A stretch of DNA of 56,674 nucleotides from Chiloscyllium plagiosum (taxonomy: Eukaryota). Both the position numbers and the translations under genes were made by a program. Below, piece after piece: positions 35,577 through 48,049 of this stretch (the first letter of the stretch is position 1; the number at the start of each line of letters is the position of its first letter). Where the stretch lies: assembly GCF_004010195.1 (NCBI RefSeq), contig NC_057719.1:56183297-56239970 (forward strand). The letters run 5' to 3'. The notes under the pieces were generated by a model that had not been told where the DNA came from, made no database searches, and saw nothing but the letters and a program-made list of their open reading frames with translations.

Positions 35577-36371
35577 GTAAGTAAAAGTGAAAGAATTGCC
35601 AAAATTGCAATTAAATATTTGGTATGAGTTGTAAAATATAGAAGAAAGTAAAGACTGGTTTGTATTCCTTGTAAAGAATTTTGAATTCCATGTAACAGGA
35701 GATGTAAATGTTTTATTAGAGTTTAGATTTAGATCAAACACATCTTGTTCCTTGTACCATTTATCAATCTAATATGATAGTTGAGGGCTGAGAAGACGTC
35801 ACTGTTATAGGTGACACATGATCATACAGATGAGAGGATAGGGAAGTTAGTAGGTTAAATGTCCCCAAACAAAAAGTTAGCCTGGCCAAGCATGTTTTAA
35901 ATATAGCATTGACCTTTTTTCACCCTTAACCCTTGCACCATTTTAAGAGATTTTAGTTTTAATATGAGCTTGTATAGTATTTGTGAACAAAGTGTTATGT
36001 ACCTTGAGAAATTAGCCATTCTGATCAAAAGTGGAAATCTTAATCACTTATCATACTGGTGGGGATTTTCCTGCTTCCAGTCTCCAAAGGTAGATTATGA
36101 AAATCTCCAGATCCTGTAATTTGGCTTGTGCATGAATTAACAATAACATTAATAGAGAAAGTAAGGTGAATGTAATGCAAATAGCAAAAGAATCATGGTG
36201 CTTCAATTTCTCACAAGGTTTTATCCTATGACATTTTGGTGGACAGTAAAATATGAACAGTGGACATTCAAATGTAAGACAGGTGAAAATTGAATGATTT
36301 TACTTTGTATTGCTATTTACAGATTAACCTATAAGTTGTAATTTAGAAGTTGTTTAAAATTTTGCACTCAG

Positions 36372-36456
36372 GATTGAAGCATCAAGATGTCCTGAAGTAG
36401 TAGTGGCAAAAATTGACCCAAGAAAGTTGAAACGGAATCCAACAGTGAATGTCTCC
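36372..36456 (+). CDS. GEMIN2: Gemin2 coding exon 2
   Basis: ctcag|G ATT GAA...TCC|gtaagt; (Q)[28 protein letters not shown]; 85 nt, phase-compatible. Confidence 0.96.
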
Positions 36457-37840
36457 GTAAGTACAATAATTTGATATATTACATGAAAACATTTGTTTTG
36501 AAAGAACACATTTATATTTTTAATTGTTTCTTGTCCACTTTATTTCTGTAGTGTCAGTCTATGTCAACAAGTAAAATTTAGCAGAAAGCATAAAACAGAC
36601 TGAGGAAAATTGGCTGTGTTTTCACAGCAGGAACTTTTTTCTTAAGTAGAAATTGAAAGAAAAGTATCTTAGCTTGCCCAAGGAAATACATTTTAAGACA
36701 TACCGTTCTGTAATATTGAGCATGCATTATAGTTTTAGGTCTCTTGTATGTCATGTTAGGAAAATGACTTTTCAGAGAAGGTTAGAGAGTACCCTGACCA
36801 ACATTACTCTCAATAAATTCCATCCAAATAAGTTAACAGCCCATCCATTTACGTGTTGTTTGGATTTAGGCATCGTACGTTTCCTGTTTTAACGATAGTG
36901 ATTGTACTTTGAAATAATTGTTGCACAGTACTTTAGAACATAACAAATGAGATGCATGTTATTCTGACTGAAACAACAAAAAATATTATTTTGATCTGTG
37001 TTTTTCTTCGATACTTGGTTAAGCTTTTTGTCCTTTAATGTTGTGCATGTGATCTTCAGATCATGTGAAACTGAAGCACAAATAGTTCTTTTGGCCCGTT
37101 GAGCCAGCAGCAATGAGATTCATGGCTATCTGATTGTGGTCTTACTCCATTGTTTGCCTATTCCCTATAACACTTAAATATCTTGTCAATCAAAGATCTA
37201 TCTTAACATTGAATTAATTAAAATGAAGTGTAGACATTTTGTGTAAATTTAAACATAGAGCTTGCACATTGACCATGTCTAGAATTGATTTTATTTTGAA
37301 ATGTATGCATGGTCTTAAAGATTGTGGCAAAAATAATGCACTTTTGTTTCTTCTCAAATTGTTTTGAAAAGTTTACATATTATATTATCATTGTATCTAT
37401 TTATATGATCTACTGTAACCTTATACAAAATCATGTTGCATATTTTATTCAAATTGCCACAATATTTTTGTATGCCCTCTTATTCTGCCCCCAAAAGTAA
37501 AAGCTTAATATTTTAAAAAAGAACTGTGGAATGCAATTCAAAAACCTAAGCAGGTACTCAAAATGCACTGTGTTGAAGTCAATTTAATTTTTTGCCATAT
37601 CTGTAAACTGTTCAGCTCCATTCTTATTCTTTTCTGTAATTGACTTTTTTAAAAACAAAATATTCTATTACATCATAAAACACAAGTATAATCAATATAG
37701 TTACCTTTACATATATACAATTGAATCACCCAGTCCATCCCTATTCTGCTGTAAAAATGCAGCTACATTTGTCAGATCACATATACTTTAGGTTATCATG
37801 TTGCACATTTTAGAAATTTATGATAATTTATATATTTTAG

Positions 37841-37930
37841 TTATCAGGATGTCAACCTGCCCCTGCAGGATTTTCTCCCAGTCTCCGTTGGCAGCAGCAA
37901 CAAGTAGCTAATTTTTCAATCCTCCGACAG
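37841..37930 (+). CDS. GEMIN2: Gemin2 coding exon 3
   Basis: ttttag|...|gtaatg; [30 protein letters not shown]; 90 nt. Confidence 0.96.
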
Positions 37931-38550
37931 GTAATGTATTTATATTGTTAAATTATTTCTATTGATATTTAAGAACTTGGTGATGAAAATGAATTTAGAA
38001 TATCTTTCCGTAGGAAAGCAGTATTAATTTTCCGTAGGAAAGCAGGCAATTTTACATAGTAATGAAGCTGCTTGTTGAATATGGTGCACTGTGACTTTTA
38101 ATAGAACCTTTCAATATCCAAAATACTAATATGGTGATTCTATGGCATTTCATATCAAGCTCTAATTTTAAAGTATTTATAGTATAGTTCATTCAGTGGA
38201 ATACATACAGTTTCAGTAGGTTCAAAAATGCACACAAAAATGGTTTTTGATTTAATATTTCCACATATAATTCAAAAATGAAAATGCACAGTGAATAATT
38301 GTGGCCATTGGGATGCCCCTATGCTAATTTATGGTGTAAAACATTAATAGAAAATGCTGCAGGATAAATTGTATGTGTGGAATGTAGCCCCAAGCATCAG
38401 CACCAGTTAAATGGTTATTTGGAAGTATAATTTATTTGTCTTCTAGCAGTATTTGATTTCATGGGGGTTTTTTTTTTTTGTTTTAATATTAGTACAATGA
38501 TGCTTGTGTTTTAGGAAAAAGACATCAATTTTTATTTCTTTATTTTCAAG

Positions 38551-38610
38551 AGTATAGCCAAACACCGGGATCATTGGAAGTCACAGCCTTTGGACAGTAA
38601 TGTAATGCTG
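38551..38610 (+). CDS. GEMIN2: Gemin2 coding exon 4
   Basis: ttttcaag|...|gtatgt; SIAKHRDHWKSQPLDSNVML; 60 nt. Confidence 0.95.
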
Positions 38611-39371
38611 GTATGTGATTTGCACTGACTCAACACCACTAATTTAAAGTAATGAATATTAGTGGAAATGTTCACAGACTTGTCTTCAAATGGGCTTGCA
38701 AACCTGTCGATGAGTGATAGATGCAGGAAAAAAAAACAATGTTGCAATTTTCATCAAAAGGATCACTTTGTTACAAGAAATCAGAGCGAAATAAATTGGG
38801 ATTTGAATTTGACATTTTGAAAATAAATTTTGAGCATGAGTTTGGTTTCGTCACTCCACTGGAGACTGTGCTGTTGAAGCTGAGGGCCCTTTCTTTTGCT
38901 GGTGCTTGCTGTGCCCCCAGCTGTTTCTGATGTCATGAGCTGTTTTGAGTGGACATCCCCTACACGCACCAGAAGCAGCTAATTTATTGCTATCCTGACA
39001 TCATACAGCCTGAGCATCTGATAGAATGCCCATCTACTATTTTTGGACCACATAGTCCATTGGATAAATTTAGTCATCAATCCACGTATACCAAATATTC
39101 ATCTACAAAATGGGCCCTGCACTAGCTTATTATTTTCTCTTATTTTGTTCTACCCAGAAGCGTTAGTTCACATACTTGTGTACCTTCCCACCATCAAAAT
39201 CACCATGAGTTTTCTTTGCTTTTCTCTTAAACTAGCAACCACCACCAGTAAAAATACCCAAGTATTCAATTATGTATCTAACTGAGGATTTACAAGCAAA
39301 ATTCATTGTGGGCAATGCAAACCATCAAATGTGAGGGGTTGGGAAGCTACAGCAACTTACTTTTTTTAAAT

Positions 39372-39620
39372 CCACCTGTTCAGACATGTTATGACACATA
39401 TCTGGGGCAGGTGGAACTTCAACCCAGGCCTCCTGGCTCAGAGTTAGGGTCTCTACCACTTCACCTCAAGAGGCCCTCTTCAGCAACTTCTTAACTTTTT
39501 GAAAGTATTTTATTTAATATACTTTCTAAACAGCCTGTTCAGAGATGTTATGACATACCTCTGAAGCAGGTGGAAGGCGAACCCAAATCTCCTGGTACCA
39601 CTGCGCTACAAGCGGTCCCT
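39372..39620 (-). mobile_element. Two tandem copies of a short tRNA-like SINE (~39372-39478 and ~39531-39620)
   Basis: Both contain cctgttcaga.atgttatgaca.a..tctg..gcaggtggaa...aaccca. The - strand shows an A-box-like (agtggta) and a B-box-like (gggttgaagttcc / gggttcgccttcc) motif. Confidence 0.65.
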
Positions 39621-41387
39621 GCAGCAGATTTTTTTTAAAAATTGATTAATTTCCACAAACTCAGCCTAAATGAATGTGTTGAGTTTGTGGCATTTTTATC
39701 CATTCAGGAAACAAGAACTGAGGCATGTCTGACCCAGGGATGGGGGCTGTGTTGTACTGGCGCTTGGTCTGCAATGTGGCCAGGGCACAGATCAGATCAT
39801 AAACACAGAAAAGGAAGGTTCCCTACAGAAGATGCTACCCACTAAGAGTTTTCAAAGATAAATTATCCTACTTTCACCAGACTTATCATATGCTTTTGCC
39901 AGGTTTTGTGTTCCAATGCTGCACTATCCCAGTAACTGAAGTATTTCTGGTTGAAGAATTAAGATTTTAGTGGGGGAAACAGCTTTGCATTACACTTATC
40001 AACAGCCTGGCTGTTGAGGGACCTGGCTTTGGACTCTCCAGCTCAGGCTTGATAGTCTTGACTGGTTAAGAGGCAGGAGTAAGAACATTGCCAGAATGGT
40101 AGTGCTGCAAGGAGGACTTGCACAGTTGCACTTTCTGGTGAGCTGCTGTGTGAGCCACCCTTTCCCCATGATTTGGCAGTTTGTCCATTAACTCACCACT
40201 GCTCTGCACTTGCTTCAGACCTATGTGCAAGCCTAGTGCCTGTAATTGTGTGATCGAGGGAAAGTGCTTCTGAATTGCTGGTGTAGGCTTTCTTTCCCTT
40301 TCCTCCTGGCTATTCAGGCTGGCCAGGAGGCAGATCCTTTGTATCTGAAAGCATAAAATATATAAACGGGCAGAGGATGGGGATCTTGAGGAATGAGGTG
40401 GGAGGAAATCCAGACATCAAGATCACCCCACTGGTGGGTTTCAGTTTAAAAGATCTGAGGAGAACAAAGAGTAGAGAGTTGAGAAGGGATGTAAGGCTTT
40501 AACCTGACATCATCTCAATGTTCTTGATGGCATTGGATGCCACAGATGCTGTTGCTACTGGCCCTGAGTGGTTGAATAGAGTGAATCCCACCCTCCCCTC
40601 CACTGAGTCACTTGTGCTACATCCTGTGATAGACTTGTTCAGCATAAGAGGGCAGAAGGTCAGTGATTGTCAGACACTGGTCATTTACGAACAAAACCTG
40701 ATTAACTGCAGCTGTCTGAAACACTGAGATTAGAATAGGAGACTGGCATGATTGCAAAGTGTATAGTTGAGTTCTTATATGTGAACATTAGGTATGATTT
40801 CTGAACGTTAAGTGTGGCTGGGTGAGTGATGGGGGTATCATACAGTGGCATCTCAATAACCAGGTGGCTTCGTGGAGATGAGAAGTAATGTGAAGGTACA
40901 CTCACTGTGCAGGAGCACTTGAATGAGGCCTTGAAACTGCTTTCTGTCAGGCCCTCATGGCCAGACTCTAAGCACTAAACACACTTTCCCTTTTCCACCT
41001 GCTCCCACATCCTCCAAGAACATGATTTGGGAGTCTCATCTCCCTTAGTTGGTGCTGTATTTTCCTTCATCCTGAATGTACCTGTTTTCAGTTTCTTTCA
41101 GACTTGTGTTGCAGTGCAGCTTCGCTTCAAGAGAGACACTGCTTTGAAGAGCTAGAACGTATGCTAGCTATGTATGCAGTTAGATCGCCCAATACTCAGC
41201 AGCCATCCAGTAATGAAGACTACAATAGATTACACGGCTCACTCTTGGCAACGAGGAGGCAGCAAAAGTTTGCTTGCTACCAATGTCTAATGAAATTGTT
41301 GAGAGCAGATATGGAATCATGAGCATTTTTCCCAGTTAATGACTCTGACAAATCTGAACCCTTTACTAGGAACATGTAAATCACTGT

Positions 41388-41515
41388 TTAGAACAAAGAA
41401 AATTTACATCCCAGGAACAGGCCCTCCGGCCTCCAAGCTTGTGCCGGTCCAAATCCACTATCTAAATCTATCGCCCAATTCCTAAAGATCTGTATCCCTC
41501 TGCTCCCCATCTAGT
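41388..41515 (-). mobile_element. CR1-type 3' UTR fragment
   Basis: tagaacaaagaaaatttacatcccaggaacaggccctccggcc...tatccctctgctcccc resembles CR1 tails. Confidence 0.55.
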
Positions 41516-41829
41516 CATGGACTTCAGATAAAAACCAAAATACAAAAGAAAAGTTACACTGGATTCAATGTTAACTCTGTTTCCCTCTCCACAGAGTTTC
41601 TTCAGTACTTTGTTTTGTGGTGCCTTTGATACATTTTTTTTTTCATAATTCAAACCGTTCCTTAAATGAGTCATTCACATGGGTAGTTTTGGGAATCAGC
41701 TGGTTAATCAGCACATCTCAGCCGTATATGGGTCCAAAGTTTAATCTTCTAAATGTATACTGAATTATTTGATTTACGATCGGACCGGAGGAGGACAGTT
41801 GAGTTACGGCTACCGATTCTAATCAAAGG

Positions 41830-44258
41830 TTGTTATCTCCTTTCTAAAGACTTTCCACTTTCCAGCCGTCCCTTTACCTGCAAACATCTGCCCCCAATCA
41901 GCTTTTGAAAGTTCTTGCCTAATACTGTCAAAATTGGCCTTTCTCCAATTTAGAACTTCAACTTTTAGATCTGGTCTATCCTTTTTTCATCACTATTTTA
42001 AAATTAATAGAATTATGGTCGCTGGCCCTAAAGTGCTCCCCCACTGACACCTCAGTCACCTGCACTGCCTTATTTCCCAAGAGTAGGTCAAGTTTTGCAC
42101 CTTCTCTCATAGGTACAGCCACATTCTGAATCAGAAAATTTTCTTGTACACACTTCACAAATTCCTCTCCATCTAAACCCTTAACATTATGGCAGTCCCT
42201 GTCGATGTTTGGAAAGTTAAAATCCCCTACCATAACCACCTTATTATTCTTGCAGATAGCTGAGAGAAAGTATATTCCTGTCAGGGTGAAAAGAAAGGCT
42301 GGTAGGTATAGGGAATGCTGGATGACTAAAGAAATTGAGGGTTTGGTTAAGAAAAAGAAGGAAGCATATGTCAGGTATAGACAGGATAGATCGAGTGAAT
42401 CCTTTAGAAGAATATAAAGGAAGTAGGAGTGTACTTAAGAGGAAAATCAGGAGAGCAAAAAAGGGACATGAAATAGCTTTGGATTCTCCTTAATTCTATT
42501 TGCCAAAGGGTTTTTACAAATAATTTAAGGACTAAAGGGTAACTAGGGAGAGAATTGGGTCCCTCAAAGATCAGCTAGGCGGCCTTTTATTTTGCATCAA
42601 TATTCTCTGTGGAAGAGAACATGGATGATATAGAATGTAGAGAAATAGATGGTGACTTCTTGAAAAATGCCCATATTACAGGGGAGGAAGTGATGGATGT
42701 CTTGAAATGCATAAAGGTGGATAAATCCCCAGGGTCTGATCAGGTGTACCCTAGAACTCTGTGGGAAGCTAGAGAAGTGATTGCTGGGCCACTTGCTGAG
42801 AGATTTGTATAATCGATAGTCACAGGTGAGGTGCCGGAAGACTGGAGGTTGGCTAATGTGGTGCCACTGTTTAAGAAGGGTAGTAAGGACAAGCCAGGGA
42901 ACTATAGACCAGTGAGCCTGACTTCAGTGGTGGGCAGGTTGTTGGTGGGAATCCTGAGGGATGGGATGTACATGTATTTGGAAAGGCAAGGACTGATTAA
43001 GGATCGTTAATGTGGCTTTGTGCATGGGAAATCATGTCTCGCAAACTTGATTGAGTTTTTTGAAGAAGTAACAAAGCGGTTTGATGAGGGCAGAGCAGTA
43101 GATGTGATCTATATGGACTTCAGTAAGGTTCCCCATGGGAAACTGCTTAGCAAGGCTAGAGCTCACAGAATACAGGGAGAACTAGCCATTTTGATACAGA
43201 ACTGGCTCAAAGGTAGAAGACAGAGGGTGGTGGTGAAGAGTTGTTTTACAGACTGGAGGCCTGTGACCAGTGGTGTGCCACAAAGATCGGTGCTGGGTCC
43301 ACTACTTTTTGTCATTTATATAAATGATTTGGATGTGAGCATAAGAGGTACGGTTAGTAAGTTTGCAGATGACACCAAAATTGGAGGTGTAGTGGACAGT
43401 GAAGAAGGTTACCTCAGATTACAACAGGATCTTGATCAGATGGGCCAATGGGCTGAGAAGTGGCAGATGGAGTTTAATTCAGATAAATGTGAAGTGCTGC
43501 ATTTTGGGAAAGCAAATCTTAGCAGGACTTACACACTTAATGGTAAGGTCCTAGGGAGTGTTGCTGAATAAAGAGACCTTGGAGTGCAGGTTCATAGCTG
43601 CTTGAAAGTGGAGTCGCAGGTAGATAGGATAGTGAAGAAGGCGTTTGGCATGCTTTCGTTTATTGGTCAGTATTGAGTACAGGAATTGGGAGGTCATGTT
43701 GCGGCTGGACAGGACATTGGTTAGACCACTAGTTGGAATATTACGTGCAATTCTGATCTCCTTCATATTGGGAAGATCTTGTGAAACTTGAAAGGGTTCA
43801 GAAAAGATTTACAAGGATATTGACAGGTTTGGAGGATTTGAGCTATAGAGAGAGGCTGAACAGGCTGGGACTGTTTTCCCTGGAGTGTGGGAGGCTGAGG
43901 GGTGATCTTATAGAGGTATACAAAATTATGAGGGAAATGGATAGGATAAATTGACAAAGTCTTTTGCCTGGGGTGGGGGTTTAGGGTGAGAGTGGAAAGA
44001 TATAAAAGTGACCTAAGGGTAACATTTTCACACAGAGGGTGGTAAGTGTATGGAATGAGCTGCCAGAGGAAGTGGTGGAGGCTGGTACAATTGCAACATT
44101 TAAAAGGCATTTGGATGGGTATATGAATAGGAAGGGTTTGGAGGGATATGAGCCGGGTGCTGGCAGGTGGGACTAGATTGGGTTGGGAAATCTGGTTGGC
44201 ATGGATGAGTTGGACCGAAGGGTCTGTTTCCATGCTGTACATCTCTATGACTCTGACT
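41830..44258 (+). mobile_element. CR1 family A with an inverted 5' segment (41830-~42265 minus; ~42263-44258 plus)
   Basis: Minus-strand ORF VMVGDFNFPNID...SDHNSI (APE) and plus-strand RT ([28 protein letters not shown]) ending in the tail ctctatgactctgac. The two parts are contiguous in the un-rearranged copy at 25670-26120. Confidence 0.93.
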
Positions 44259-44587
44259 TCTGAGTGACAGAGCACAGATGACAGATATTGGATTTGGCTG
44301 TAATGTGCTGCACTATTGAATAACCTGCCTACTCACTGACCAGTTTCCAGGATTGCATGTAAAGAACATTCACTTGGGTGAAGTACTGGAGGCTGACTGT
44401 CACCCATACAACTTTACTTCAGCAGGGAGTCAACATCTTCAGGAAGACAGGGGAGCAATGTTATTATTATATAGTGTACTAAGCTGAAGCAAGTCCAGAA
44501 TTAGTGGTTAATTAGACACACAGACCAGAACTTTAAACAAGTGAGCTTTATTCAGTCACATCACCACTGCTGCCTCTCAGCACCAAG

Positions 44588-45983
44588 CACAGTGGAAGAC
44601 ATGAGTAATATCCCAACAATTAAAGGGAGTCAGGGGGCTGAGTTGAGTATGGTTGCCATTACAAAAGAGAAAGTGCTAGAAAAGCTAAAAGGTCTTAAAA
44701 TTGATAAATCTCCTGGCCCTGATGGGTTACATCCTAGAGTTCTGAGAGAGGTGGCTGAGGAAATAGCGGCGGCATTGGTTGAGATCTTTCAAAAGTCACT
44801 GAAGTCAGGGAAAGTCCCGGATGATTGGAAGATCGCTGTTGTAACCCCCTTGTTCAAGAAAGGATCAAGGCAAAAGATGGAAAATTATAGGCCAATTAGC
44901 CTAACCTCGGTTGTTGGTAAAATTCTAGAATCCATCATTAAGGATAAGGTTTCCAAATTCTTGGAAGAGCAGGGTTGGATTAAAACAAGTCAACATGGAT
45001 TTAGTAAGGGGAGGTCATGCCTGACAAACCTGTTGGAATTCTTTGAACAGGTGACAAGTAGGTTAGACCGGGGAAACCCAGTGAATGTGNNNNNNNNNNN
45101 NNNNNNNNNNNNNNNNNNNNNNNNNNNNNNNNNNNNNNNNNNNNNNNNNNNNNNNNNNNNNNNNNNNNNNNNNNNNNNNNNNNNNNNNNNNNNNNNNNNN
45201 NNNNNNNNNNNNNNNNNNNNNNNNNNNNNNNNNNNNNNNNNNNNNNNNNNNNNNNNNNNNNNNNNNNNNNNNNNNNNNNNNNNNNNNNNNNNNNNNNNNN
45301 NNNNNNNNNNNNNNNNNNNNNNNNNNNNNNNNNNNNNNNNNNNNNNNNNNNNNNNNNNNNNNNNNNNNNNNNNNNNNNNNNNNNNNNNNNNNNNNNNNNN
45401 NNNNNNNNNNNNNNNNNNNNNNNNNNNNNNNNNNNNNNNNNNNNNNNNNNNNNNNNNNNNNNNNNNNNNNNNNNNNNNTCCAGCGGAGATTCACACGAAT
45501 GATCCCTGGAATGCTTGGTCTAACATATGAGGAATGGCTGAGGATCCTGGGATTGTATTCATTGGAGTTTAGAAGATTAAGGGGAGATCTAATAGAAACT
45601 TACAAGATAATACATGGCTTGGAGAGGGTGGACGCTAGGAAATTGTTTCCGCTAGGCGAGGAGACTAGGACCTGTGGAAACAGCCTTAGAATTAGAGGGG
45701 GTAAATTCAGAACAGAAATGCGGAGACATTTCTTCAGCGAGACATTTCTTCAGCCAGAGAGTGGTGGGCCTGTGGAATTCATTGCCACAGAGTGTAGTGG
45801 AGGATGGGATGCCAAATGTCTTCAAGGCAGAAATTGATAAATTCTTGATGTCACAAGGAATTAAGGGCTACGGGGAGAATGCGGGTAAGTGGAGTTGAAA
45901 TGCCCATCAGCCATGATTGAATGGCGGAGTGGACTCGATGGGCCGAATGGCCTTCCTTCCGCTCCTATGTCTTATGGTCTTAT
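44588..45983 (+). mobile_element. CR1 LINE, different and apparently young subfamily, spanning a gap
   Basis: Stop-free ORF2 frame KIDKSPGPDGLHPRVLRE...NYRPISLTSVVGKILE...QHGFSKGRSCLTNLLEFF. After the gap it reads QRRFTRMIPGM..., then the tail ctatgtcttatggtcttat. A 16-nt tandem duplication gagacatttcttcagc lies at 45723-45754. Confidence 0.92.
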
Positions 45984-45984
45984 C

Positions 45985-46288
45985 GACTCGGGTTCAATTC
46001 CAACCTCTGCCGACTGCGTCTGTGTGGAGTTTGCACATTCTCCCTGTGTCTGCGTGGGTTTCCTCCGGGTGCTCCAGTTTCCTCCCAAAATCCAAAAATG
46101 TGCAGCTTAGGTGAATTGGCCATGCTAAATTGCCCATAGTGTTCAGGGATGTGTAGGTTAAGCACATTCGTCAGGGGTAAATGTGGGGTAGGGGAGTTGG
46201 TCTGGGTGGGTTGCTCTTTGGAGGGTCGGTGTGGACTTGTTGGGCCAAATGGCCTGTTTCCATACTGTAGGCATTCTATGATTCTATG
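45985..46288 (+). mobile_element. HE1-type V-SINE, 5'-truncated, abutting the CR1 tail
   Basis: Starts at the B-box gggttcaattcc, has the V-domain, and ends in the tail attctatgattctatg. Confidence 0.9.
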
Positions 46289-46789
46289 TTTTTAAGGGCA
46301 ACAATCAACATAATACTAACAATATCTTCTCACTTTCAGTTCAGTCCTCTTCAATGTTGAACTCATTCCTTGCCTTGTATCCTAAAGGATGGAGTTATTC
46401 CTGATTAATATATTTTAAAGCAATAGCACCTTGCTTCAGACACCCTGATATCTTGCCTATCTTTAAAATTTGTGTTGTCCTTCCAAAGCTTTCACAAATC
46501 TGTCATATACTCTTCCCTGTCTTACTTTGGTACAATGATTAGTAGGTGAATGTAGATTTTTTTTCCCTGCAGCTAGCATAATTCTGACACTTGTTACTTT
46601 GTTACATTTCACCAATCTATACATGACACAAATTGCTAACTGCATCTTTTGGTTACAAAGGAAAAACATTCAGCAATATCTTGCTGCCATCTAGTGATAA
46701 ACCATAATAGTCACTCACTCAGAAACATATATCTTACAAACAGTGCACACCATCACCATCCATGTGTATGCCCTATCCTACCAACAGAG

Positions 46790-47790
46790 CAGACCCATGG
46801 AAGGAAGAGGATTGTGGTTATTAAGAGTCCATCATTTCTGTCCCAGGACATCATTGCAGGATTTCTTAGTGGAGTGTCATAGATCCAGTCATCTTGAGCT
46901 GCTTCATCAATGACTTTCCTCCATCATAACATCAGAAACATGAATATTAGAATTTTCACTGTGGAAGCTTCAATCTTCCGCACCATTCCTGATTCTTCAT
47001 ACTGAAACATTTGTGTCTACGTGCAGGAAGACCTGGAGAACCTCTGGGTCTGGGCCGATAAGTGAAAGTAACACTTGCACCATGCAAATGCTGTGCATTT
47101 CCATCTCTAATTAGACACAATCTAATCATTTCTTTCTGAGGTTCAATGGCGGTATCATTATTTAATCTTGCATGATCAATATTCTAGGGAGCACCATTGA
47201 CCAAGAATCAAACTGAATTAGACATACAAATTCTGTGACTTCAAGGGCAGGTTGGAGACTGAATTCTGAAGCGAGTAACTCTTCTCCTGACTCCACAAAG
47301 CCTGCCTACCATCTACAGGGCGCACATGATTAGCATGATGGAATACTCTCCACTTGCCTGGATGGGTGCAACAACAATGGAAATTTGACACCAACAAGGA
47401 CAAAGCACATTCATTGTTTGGCACCACATCCATTAGTAAACATTGAGTGACAGCAGTAGCTATCATTTATAGTACCCACATCTGTAATTGAACAATCACT
47501 CCTGTGACATCCATCTCTTTAAATTATATGGGCTGTAGATGCATAGGATCATGACCACCTACAAGTTCTGTATACCACACACCATTTTAGCTGGGATTAT
47601 ATCACTGTTCCTTCACTGTTGCTGGGTAAGAATTCTGGAACTCGGTTCCTAACAACACTGCACGTAAAGGACGTATAAAGTTCAAGAAGGCAGCACACCA
47701 CCACCACCTCCAGGGGAACCAGGGATGGGCAATAAATATTGGCCTAACCAGTGATGTCCACATCCCATGAACTAATATCTAACATAAAGA
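46790..47790 (+). mobile_element. LINE family B 3' portion (old)
   Basis: cagctgcttcatcaatgac-like RT segment...gttcaagaaggcagcacaccaccaccacctccagggg...gggatgggcaataaatattggcc tail. Confidence 0.8.
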
Positions 47791-47929
47791 TGAATGGCTT
47801 CTTTCATGTAGCATTCTCAATGTGTTTTAAAGATTGAAATATAATTTTTATTTAACCAGATAGTGTTTCCTTGAAGACAATGAAACTTTTTTTTTCCTGA
47901 ATTAATTGAAATTCCTATTAACTTCACAG

Positions 47930-48049
47930 CCAGCACCTGACGATGAAGAAGGATGGAAGAAGTTCTGTCTTGGAGAAAAATTATACTGTGATTCATCTGT
48001 ATCACCAAACACTAATGAGATTGATAGCCCAGGCATTGACTATGTGCAG
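47930..48049 (+). CDS. GEMIN2: Gemin2 coding exon 5
   Basis: ttcacag|...|gtaatt; [40 protein letters not shown]; 120 nt. Confidence 0.96.
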
